The notes below the pieces were generated by a model, which saw only the letters and a list, made by a program, of their open reading frames with translations, did no database searches and was not told where the DNA came from. From a virus (taxonomy: Duplodnaviria; Caudoviricetes), in IMG/VR virus record IMGVR_UViG_3300037583_000020, positions 1 to 32,313 of that record: 32,313 nt of DNA; one strand, written 5' to 3'. This document shows, in pieces, positions 25,882-32,313 of this stretch (the stretch's first letter is position 1; each line of letters begins with the position of its first letter). A program made the translations under genes and the position numbers.

Positions 25882-27627
25882 GTGGCTATGTATCTCGAAG
25901 AAAGAGCCGTAACAAGAACCCAGGAAGAACTTGATTTGTTAAAGAAATGGCTAACAAGGTTTAAGCACTCTGAGGATGCCTATAGGCAGTATATGGACAA
26001 GGGAAAGGAGAATTATTACCTCTACAAGAGCTATATGAAGGGAGAAGAGAAGGTCTATAAGCACAGTATATTTGTGCCCTATACATTTGCCTACATGGAA
26101 GACTATATAGCCTACATCATGCTATCAATCTTCTCCCAACCATCGATATATTCAATCCACCCTAGGCTGAGCTCGATTTCAAAGGAATTGTGTTCAGAGC
26201 TGGAAATCATCCTTAACTGGGTCATGAAAGACGAAAGAACTGAATTTATTTTAGAAATAGAGGACCTCTTGAGAAACATAAATCTTTATAATGTTGCGTA
26301 TCTAATCAATTTCCCCGTTACAAAGGAAATCCAAAGGATTCTATCCACTGGAGAGACAACGAAAAGTGATGCCTTTGATTATATTTATCTAGAGTCCCCT
26401 CATACATTTTCCATGTTTCCAGAACCCGGCAGAAAGAGACTGTCAAGAGCCAACTGGATAATCAGAAGGGGGTATTCAACAATAGAAGAGCTACTTGAGG
26501 CCCAGGAAAAAGGCATATATGAAGGGGTAGAAAGAATTGGAACCGGCGGATATGGGACAGATGAGGACCCGGTTAAGAAGCTCCTTTCAGAGATTGGAAT
26601 TTCCATAGATACCCCCCACGAGAAGAACAAGATTGAGATTCTGGATTGCTTTGAGGATGGTGATGTTGTAACCATTGCCAACAAGCAGTTTATTATTAGA
26701 AATACAACGAGATATGCAATCAAGCCTTATCCATTTCCCCTTCCGGTTTTAGACGCCAGAACCGGCGGTGCTCCTGGTGAGTTTTTCGGAATAGGGCTGG
26801 TAGAGTCGCTGAAGCCTATCCAAAAGGAGTTAAATCTTCTGAGATCGCAAAGAAGGGAAAACGTGTCGCTTGTTTTGAACAAACTATTTATCTATGACAT
26901 GACCGCTGGAGAGGTGGATCTAGCGACCTTATTCTCGGCTCCCGGAAATGTAATTGTGACCACAAATAGAGATGCTATTGAAGAACTACCGATAGCAGAT
27001 GTTACATCTTCATCCTATAAAGAAGAGCAATCGCTTTATTATGACTTCCAGAATGTTTCTAGTTTCTGGGACTACACAAGAGGTGCAACACCGAGAAGGA
27101 GAGAGACGGCTACTGGAATTATCCGGCTCCAACAGGCCAGCCAGGGAAGACCCGAGTTTTACTTAAAGAAGCTGGACTTTTATATCCTAACCCCCCTTGC
27201 CAAGAGAGCACTGGTTTATATAAGAGAGACAATTGATAGAGAGACCTACAAAGAAATTGTCGGAGAGCCAAATCATGCTGACCAATTCTTTGATCTCGAC
27301 ACGGAACAGTTAAAGCGTGGCATCGGTGTGGTCCCCATCACAGAGAGTCTGTCACAGGTTAAAGAAATAGACACTAATATCTTTATCCAGGCCTTTGATA
27401 GGCTGATTCGGTTTCCCGAAGTTAACCGGGTGGCCTTAATAAAACAACTTTGGCTGAAGCTAGGGAATAAGAATCCCGAGGAAATAGTCCAACAGCTCTC
27501 TCCTCCTGCCCAGGAAGCCACAAGGGCTGGAGCAAAAGAGGCTTTAGAGGGCCCTCAATCCAGGGCAGTAGCTGAGGGGATGGGAATACCCGTTCCCCAG
27601 GAATTCTTTGAAAAGTTAGGAGAGTAA
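25882..27627 (+). CDS. Portal protein (P22/SU10-like)
   Basis: 581 aa, following terL. Motifs IFVPYTF, PGEFFGIGLVESLKPIQKELN and ETATGI. Confidence 0.9.
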   Translation: MAMYLEERAVTRTQEELDLLKKWLTRFKHSEDAYRQYMDKGKENYYLYKSYMKGEEKVYKHSIFVPYTFAYMEDYIAYIMLSIFSQPSIYSIHPRLSSISKELCSELEIILNWVMKDERTEFILEIEDLLRNINLYNVAYLINFPVTKEIQRILSTGETTKSDAFDYIYLESPHTFSMFPEPGRKRLSRANWIIRRGYSTIEELLEAQEKGIYEGVERIGTGGYGTDEDPVKKLLSEIGISIDTPHEKNKIEILDCFEDGDVVTIANKQFIIRNTTRYAIKPYPFPLPVLDARTGGAPGEFFGIGLVESLKPIQKELNLLRSQRRENVSLVLNKLFIYDMTAGEVDLATLFSAPGNVIVTTNRDAIEELPIADVTSSSYKEEQSLYYDFQNVSSFWDYTRGATPRRRETATGIIRLQQASQGRPEFYLKKLDFYILTPLAKRALVYIRETIDRETYKEIVGEPNHADQFFDLDTEQLKRGIGVVPITESLSQVKEIDTNIFIQAFDRLIRFPEVNRVALIKQLWLKLGNKNPEEIVQQLSPPAQEATRAGAKEALEGPQSRAVAEGMGIPVPQEFFEKLGE

Positions 27628-27630
27628 GCC

Positions 27631-27969
27631 ATGTTCAGAGGTCATATAACAAGCAAAGAAGAAGATATTTTTACTGAAGGTTACAACGAGTTCATAAGAC
27701 GGGAAGAGGTAAAGATAAACCTAAAGAGATTTAAACCGGTGGCCCTAGCTGTAAGAGAGATGACAAAGACAAAGGGCTGGAAAGATGTAGTAGAGCCCTT
27801 TCTTAGACAGAAAGGAAATCCGGCGATTCTGTTTAATCTGATCAACAAGAAAGAGGAAAATTTTGCCAAGAAGGCAGCCGAGATTGAGGTTTTTTACAGG
27901 TTTCTTAAGTGGATAGAACAACTATGTAAGATAGCAGATCAAGCCTCTAAAATTCCTGATGAGGAGTGA
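27631..27969 (+). CDS. Small helical protein following the portal
   Basis: TKGWKDVV motif and size resemble small genes found between portal and scaffold in related podoviruses. Confidence 0.65.
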   Translation: MFRGHITSKEEDIFTEGYNEFIRREEVKINLKRFKPVALAVREMTKTKGWKDVVEPFLRQKGNPAILFNLINKKEENFAKKAAEIEVFYRFLKWIEQLCKIADQASKIPDEE

Positions 27970-29024
27970 TAACAATGACAAAAGTAAATTGGACCCCAGA
28001 GAAGGTGGAAAGGGTTATAGAACTTATAATGAGCGGATTCACCTATTCCAAAATAGCCGAAATCTTATCTAAAGAGCTTAAGACACAAGTGACAACAAAC
28101 ATGGTAGAGAGGTTAGTATATAGGAAAGGCCTAAGAAGGATAATAAAAAAAGAAGATAAAGACAGTGAGATGAAATACTTCCACCCTCCCCGACTTCCTA
28201 TGGATGATTATCTGATTATATGTGATGTCCATGCTCCTTACTATTCTGAAAAATGGGTAAACAGGGCAGGAATAATTTCACACCTTTTAGATGTTAACAA
28301 GATAATTATCGTCGGGGACTTATTTGATATGCACTTTATTAGCAAGTATTACTCAGAATACAGACCAGAAATGGGAGAAGAAATAGAATGGACAGAGCCA
28401 TTTATGGATTGGCTGGATCAGTTTGATTTTATCTTCCTTATTCAGGGAAACCATGAGAGGAGAGCCGGAATATTCTCAGATGGCAGAATTCAGGCCCGGT
28501 TTTTTCTCCGGATATTTGGCAACTTGGTTATGAAGAATAAATTTAAATTCACGAATTATGACAGTTTAGAAATTGGAGAAGATTGGCTTCTTACACACGC
28601 GAAAGACTATAGCCGAATACCGACCAGGATGGCCACTCGATTAGCCTCTAAATATCACCGGAATTTAATCAACGCTCATGGGCATTTCTTTGGAATGACT
28701 TATGATGTTTCCGGGAAGTTTCTCTGCATTGACTTGGGGGGATTATTTGATATTAGTAAGATTGAATATATTAATCTCAGAACAACCAGTTATCCCTTCT
28801 GGAAATCTGGTTTTGGTGTTTTAAAGAATGGCTTTATATATCTTTTTCATGACGGCACAGATTGGGATTTTTGGTTAAGTTTATACAAAGGGGGTAAATA
28901 TGCCAAAGGCACTAGAAAGAAAACTAAAAAGGATGGCAAGAAAAAAATTTCCGGGAGACAAGGAAAGACAAGACAGGTATGTTTACGGCACCCTCAGGAA
29001 AACAGGCTGGAAGCCTCGCCGTGA
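27966..29024 (+). CDS. Calcineurin-like metallophosphoesterase with N-terminal HTH
   Basis: DVH, GDLFD, GNHE, LTH and HGH motifs. The N-terminus WTPEKVERV...TYSKIAEIL resembles a GcrA-type HTH. Confidence 0.88.
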   Translation: MITMTKVNWTPEKVERVIELIMSGFTYSKIAEILSKELKTQVTTNMVERLVYRKGLRRIIKKEDKDSEMKYFHPPRLPMDDYLIICDVHAPYYSEKWVNRAGIISHLLDVNKIIIVGDLFDMHFISKYYSEYRPEMGEEIEWTEPFMDWLDQFDFIFLIQGNHERRAGIFSDGRIQARFFLRIFGNLVMKNKFKFTNYDSLEIGEDWLLTHAKDYSRIPTRMATRLASKYHRNLINAHGHFFGMTYDVSGKFLCIDLGGLFDISKIEYINLRTTSYPFWKSGFGVLKNGFIYLFHDGTDWDFWLSLYKGGKYAKGTRKKTKKDGKKKISGRQGKTRQVCLRHPQENRLEASP

Positions 29025-29043
29025 AAGAAAAAAGAGGAGATAA
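28900..29043 (+). CDS. Small basic protein (47 aa), not in the ORF track
   Basis: MPKALERKLKRMARKKFPGDKERQDRYVYGTLRKTGWKPRRERKKRR, with RBS AAGGGGGT. Overlaps the phosphoesterase 3' end in another frame. Confidence 0.75.
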   Translation: MPKALERKLKRMARKKFPGDKERQDRYVYGTLRKTGWKPRRERKKRR

Positions 29044-29049
29044 GATGGA

Positions 29050-29457
29050 TTGAAAAAGGTTTTGGTGGGAATAGCCATTGTTATTGTGCTTTTACCGGCC
29101 CACCTTAACCTTAATTCACAGATTCAAATATATATTTCAGAAGGTAATATTTACAAGTCGGTTTTCAAAGAACCGTTTGAGTCAGTTTACATCCAGCTTT
29201 GGAATGGTGATTTTTTCGTAATCACCAATCGGATAGAGCACCGCATTTTGGTTCCCGTTGAATATTTAAGAAGCAAGTTAGCCAAGAAGGGAAGCACAAT
29301 TAAAGACATAATTTTGATTATTCACAACCATTATGCGAAACCATATTTTTCTTATTCAGATCGGCTGATGTATAAAAAGCTGAAGAGAGAGGGTTTTAAC
29401 GGGTTATTTATGGTTTACATCCAGGCGACTGGAAACGTGATTAAATATAATCAGTAG
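29050..29457 (+). CDS. JAB/MPN-like (RadC-type motif) protein with N-terminal signal peptide
   Basis: ESVYI upstream Glu and IIHNH-x6-S-x2-D. N-terminus MKKVLVGIAIVIVLLPA. TTG start with GAGGAG RBS. Confidence 0.65.
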   Translation: MKKVLVGIAIVIVLLPAHLNLNSQIQIYISEGNIYKSVFKEPFESVYIQLWNGDFFVITNRIEHRILVPVEYLRSKLAKKGSTIKDIILIIHNHYAKPYFSYSDRLMYKKLKREGFNGLFMVYIQATGNVIKYNQ

Positions 29458-29481
29458 AGTGTTCAAAAACTGAACACCCTA
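29455..29481. terminator. Hairpin between convergent operons
   Basis: GTGTTCA-AAAAC-TGAACAC core, extendable by several pairs. Weak U-tracts. Confidence 0.4.
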
Positions 29482-29498
29482 TAATTTATTCCTTTTCA

Positions 29499-29870
29499 TT
29501 ATTTTTTCTTTTTCACTAACTTTGGTATGACATAGTAATTCGGTTCCCGGAATTCTTTTCCTTCACGCGTTTCGAAATCCACTCTTAAACCAAGGAAATC
29601 TAGCAGTAACCACAAAAGCTCCCCCAAAGAAATCACTCCATTATTAACCCTCAGAAGAATTTTATTAAAATTTGCCAATCGTCCCAAGAAACATACATCT
29701 TCAGTTATTTTGAGATTATCAATCTTGGTGTTGATCTCCCCAGAAACCTCTTTTAACTTGTTGATTTCTGCCGTATTCATCTCAACTTGGTTTTTAATAT
29801 CATTTAACTCATTTGTTAGTCTCAAAAGAGAGGATGTTAATTCAACAACAAATTTTTCTGTATTTAACAT
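29499..29870 (-). CDS. Hypothetical coiled-coil protein
   Basis: GGGAGG RBS, heptad pattern, overlap with the upstream gene. Confidence 0.7.
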   Translation of the reverse strand: MLNTEKFVVELTSSLLRLTNELNDIKNQVEMNTAEINKLKEVSGEINTKIDNLKITEDVCFLGRLANFNKILLRVNNGVISLGELLWLLLDFLGLRVDFETREGKEFREPNYYVIPKLVKKKK

Positions 29871-30064
29871 TGTTTCTTCCTCCCGTTATCATAATGAGCA
29901 CACCAAAAATAAGTTAAACCGGGAGCATTATATTGACCCCGGCAACCGTTTTTTAGTTGTAAGCATTTTTTACACTGCTTAAGTAAGCCAAATTCTTTAA
30001 AATTTTCCTCTATTGACTCTTCCAAGACCTTCCTTATTAGATCGGCACAGGGAGTTCCCTTCAT
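29864..30064 (-). CDS. Small Cys-rich protein
   Basis: CKKC...C...C pattern. ATGA coupling with the upstream gene. Confidence 0.65.
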   Translation of the reverse strand: MKGTPCADLIRKVLEESIEENFKEFGLLKQCKKCLQLKNGCRGQYNAPGLTYFWCAHYDNGRKKQC

Positions 30065-30282
30065 TTTTCCTCAGCCCACTTTAATTCAGCGAGAAAGTCT
30101 TCAATGGGATATAGAGGACAAAAAGAAGGTGGTGACATATTCTCTTTAAGATCTCCCAGGTATTGCTTTAGCACTGAGCAGTAGAGATATACCTTTACTT
30201 TTTTTGTTTTATCAGACTCGTAGAAAGTGGTTACACTAGATCCCGGGCATTCGTTGCAGTTTCGAATAACTCTTTCACTCAT
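30061..30282 (-). CDS. Small zinc-binding-like protein
   Basis: NCNECP...LYC...PSFCPL, a pattern common in phage hypothetical proteins. Confidence 0.7.
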   Translation of the reverse strand: MSERVIRNCNECPGSSVTTFYESDKTKKVKVYLYCSVLKQYLGDLKENMSPPSFCPLYPIEDFLAELKWAEEK

Positions 30283-30703
30283 CTGTCTTTTCTTCCTCCT
30301 CTAATACAGAAAGTTTTTTAAAGGCTTCTGATGTTAAAGGAACATAAAGAACCTTTTCCTTGTAACTCCAAACAGCTCTGAAACGTTTAGACTCTTTGTT
30401 TTTGAGGAACCCCAACGTGACAATCAAGCCAGTGGTTTTTAAAAACCCCCTTACTGTTAGAGATGCATTTCTATTCTTATTAACAAAAACCCTATATGTA
30501 TTTTCTGTTTCAACCGGAGATGGTTTTATTGCTATTATCTTTAGCTTGGGATTATAGAACAGCATTACATTTCTCTGGCGTGAAAGATTCATTTTTTCTA
30601 CCACGTGTCTATTGAACGTAAGCAAGACAGGAGATATTGTTACCATATTAAATTTGACCCTTTTTCCCTTTCCTGGTTTTATCAACTCAAACCCCGATTG
30701 CAT
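30275..30703 (-). CDS. Basic beta-rich hypothetical protein (possible DNA-binding)
   Basis: RBS AGGGGG, 142 aa, VTIS...FN...VMLFYN...IAIKP pattern. Confidence 0.75.
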   Translation of the reverse strand: MQSGFELIKPGKGKRVKFNMVTISPVLLTFNRHVVEKMNLSRQRNVMLFYNPKLKIIAIKPSPVETENTYRVFVNKNRNASLTVRGFLKTTGLIVTLGFLKNKESKRFRAVWSYKEKVLYVPLTSEAFKKLSVLEEEEKTDE

Positions 30704-30732
30704 TGTTCCCCCTAATTTTTAGATCTTTATGA

Positions 30733-30871
30733 AGGGCACCCGGCAGGATTGGTTACCTGCAAGGGGGTAGCGGTTTTTGTCGATATAACCCCCAGCCGGG
30801 GACCAAAATACACGTCCCCCGCACCTTACGGGGAAACCGCCAGAACCCCGTTGTTCAGTCACGGATGCCCT
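30733..30871 (-). ncRNA. tRNA-like structured RNA candidate
   Basis: Nested stems on the minus strand: closing AGGGCAUCCG/CGGGUGCCCU, T-arm-like GCAGG-UAACCAAU-CCUGC, long central helix GGGG..UGGCGGUUU/AAACCGCUA-CCCC and apical GGGGAC/GUCCCC. Confidence 0.6.
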
Positions 30872-31110
30872 CTTTTTACCTTAAGCGGAGGTTTTTCTTC
30901 AAACCTGGGACATTCCCACACTGGAGTTACCACGTTTAGTAAAACGTCCATTGCATAATTCAGGTTAGCAATTGAACAATTCTTCACCCCATCTTCGGGG
31001 TGAAATTTCGCACAACGGAAACATAGACAATATTCCCTATGTTTGCCTTTTAAATCTTCATCTACATAAACCATCCTTCCATGATGTTTATATCGAATTA
31101 TTTTACCCAT
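30859..31110 (-). CDS. Small Cys-rich protein (83 aa)
   Basis: CLCFRC...NC...WECP pattern. GGAGGG RBS. Confidence 0.7.
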   Translation of the reverse strand: MGKIIRYKHHGRMVYVDEDLKGKHREYCLCFRCAKFHPEDGVKNCSIANLNYAMDVLLNVVTPVWECPRFEEKPPLKVKRGHP

Positions 31111-31301
31111 TGTGTTCCCTCCATTTGTCTGATAGTCCTTTCTAGAGCCTTAACATTAGCAAGGGCTTCGTTTATAAGCTCTTTCACCTCATCATCATTC
31201 CTACAAATAACCTTTCTCCTCCAAACAGTTCTTCTTGTTGGCTGGGGAAATTCAACCAAATACCCATTCTCCACACACCTGATGAGGATTAGGCCACTCA
31301 T
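31098..31301 (-). CDS. Hypothetical protein (67 aa)
   Basis: IRCVENGYLV motif, AGGAG RBS, ATGA coupling. Confidence 0.65.
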   Translation of the reverse strand: MSGLILIRCVENGYLVEFPQPTRRTVWRRKVICRNDDEVKELINEALANVKALERTIRQMEGTQWVK

Positions 31302-31609
31302 GTTTGCTTCTCCTTTTTAATAATCTCTACTCGTTCCGGAAAATACTTTACTTCTAAACCAAAATGATCAAGTAAAAGGTTAATTACGTGTTTAATAGAG
31401 ACTTCTCGACCAGGATAAATATAGAAACACCTGCTATCATTAATATCCCTCTTGATCTTCTCGATCTCAGTTTTTAGGTCGGTTACCAGAAAACACTTTA
31501 CTTTAATATAGAGCCTTCCCACAACAATCGCCAAAATCAATATAAGTAACAGAAAAACCACAGAAAAACCAATTAGGTAATTAATCATTTTTCCCCCCTG
31601 TAATTTCAA
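31298..31609 (-). CDS. Membrane-anchored hypothetical protein (real start probably the ATG of MINY at 31588)
   Basis: N-terminal TM segment. A GGGGG RBS precedes MINY. Confidence 0.7.
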   Translation of the reverse strand: MKLQGGKMINYLIGFSVVFLLLILILAIVVGRLYIKVKCFLVTDLKTEIEKIKRDINDSRCFYIYPGREVSIKHVINLLLDHFGLEVKYFPERVEIIKKEKQT

Positions 31610-31922
31610 ATTCTTCCCCTTTATCCCTTTGGGTAAACCCTATATCCATATGCTTAAGCCACCAGATAAAGGCGTAAACAGCTATTTTGAAGAAGTTGAC
31701 TTCTTGAGGTTTCTCACCGGCCTTTTTTGCGTTTATAATCTCCCCGGTGTATTTCATGATGTTTCCACCAATCCAGTCTTCACCCACGGCCTCACAGATT
31801 AGGTCCGTAAATTCCTTGTCTTCTGTTAAGGCATATCTTTGTCCACCACACTTCCATTGAGATTCACAGGCTTTGATAAATGTGGGCCAGAATTTAGCTT
31901 TGAGTTTTACTGAAGTATTCAT
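31581..31922 (-). CDS. DUF3310-like protein
   Basis: RY...EFTDLI...GNIMKY...NFFKIAVY resembles the HY...E.ID...GN..KY...DL.KA..Y pattern. Confidence 0.55.
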   Translation of the reverse strand: MNTSVKLKAKFWPTFIKACESQWKCGGQRYALTEDKEFTDLICEAVGEDWIGGNIMKYTGEIINAKKAGEKPQEVNFFKIAVYAFIWWLKHMDIGFTQRDKGEEFEITGGKND

Positions 31923-32313
31923 GGTTTACCCCCTTCTGGGATTTTTTTAAATCAACCAAATCTTCAAAAATTGGAATCCCCCTTTCTTTAGCAAACTCAA
32001 TTTCTGCGAGGGCCCCCCTTGATTTTTCCCAACCCGGACACAAAAGCATAGCATCACACACCTCTAGCCAATCTATGCTATATCTTTTAATCATGGGGTC
32101 TGTAATTTGCTCTCCAAGATCACGCCTGAGCAACAAGAAGAACAACATATCTAGAGCTGGGCAGAAGGGAACAAAACCAGCAAAGAAAACCTCAAGAGAA
32201 ATCCTTATCATATCCGAGGCGTTATATAGAAAGTCGATAGCTGGATATTGGCTTTTCAATCCGGTGGGCCCAAGAGGGCCGGCAATATACACTCTTTTTA
32301 TCTTGTTATTCAT
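31894..32313 (-). CDS. DUF1937/DUF4406-like protein (nucleoside 2-deoxyribosyltransferase-like fold)
   Basis: RVYIAGP, PFCP, WLEVCDAMLLCPGWEKSRGALAEIEFAKERGIPIF. The start lies at the window edge. Confidence 0.8.
   Translation of the reverse strand: MNNKIKRVYIAGPLGPTGLKSQYPAIDFLYNASDMIRISLEVFFAGFVPFCPALDMLFFLLLRRDLGEQITDPMIKRYSIDWLEVCDAMLLCPGWEKSRGALAEIEFAKERGIPIFEDLVDLKKSQKGVNHEYFSKTQS

Larger units (their letters stand above)
115..32313. mobile_element. Temperate tailed prophage (podovirus-type virion module), probably integrated at the tRNA-Leu 3' end; extends beyond the right edge
   Basis: Capsid, terminase, portal, tail fibre, endolysin and ejection-like genes are tightly packed, with no host housekeeping genes after the tRNA. 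The left boundary is inferred from the tRNA and the arm-like repeats. Confidence 0.85.

Noticed and set aside
3603-27869. Many minus-strand ORFs of 60-186 aa inside the late operon (e.g. 20590-21141, 22195-22755)
   Set aside because: They are Ser/Phe/Leu-rich antisense shadows of E/K-rich genes, with no motifs or evident RBS.
2947-29457. Alternative genetic code
   Set aside because: ORFs tile densely under the standard code, and TAA, TAG and TGA all end genes at coupled junctions.
30826-30861. Selenocysteine read-through of the TGA ending ORF 30859-31110
   Set aside because: Read-through adds only about 10 residues with no redox motif. The downstream structure is better explained by the larger tRNA-like fold.
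30749-30958. 69-aa plus-strand ORF across the structured RNA
   Set aside because: It is antisense to the operon, starts with TTG without a clear RBS and has no recognisable motif.
115-32313. Integrase, repressor or second att copy
   Set aside because: No tyrosine or serine recombinase motifs and no repeat of the tRNA 3' end were seen within the window.

Overview
Almost the whole window looks like the left part of a temperate tailed prophage with a podovirus-type virion module. It begins just after a tRNA-Leu(GAG) gene (28-114), whose 3' flank carries repeats resembling integrase arm sites. No integrase or second att site was seen in the window. From left to right: (1) a leftward cluster of small genes including a lipoprotein (369-2105); (2) an ~840-bp control region holding an XerC/D dif-like site (2474-2501), a GC-rich palindrome cluster, sigma70-type promoters and a candidate sRNA with anti-Shine-Dalgarno loops; (3) a ~26.5-kb rightward late region encoding scaffold, DUF5309/SU10-type major capsid protein, a C2H2 zinc-finger protein, adaptor, nozzle-like protein, tail fibre, a lysis cassette (clan GH-A glycoside hydrolase-like protein, M15 peptidase, membrane proteins), a GNAT protein, four candidate ejection proteins, then terS-terL-portal at the far end, an HTH-metallophosphoesterase, an unannotated overlapping 47-aa basic ORF and a signal-peptide-bearing JAB/MPN-like protein; (4) a convergent leftward cluster of small genes that contains a ~139-nt tRNA/tmRNA-like structured RNA candidate (30733-30871). 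All family assignments come from motif recognition and gene context by eye. No database searches were run.
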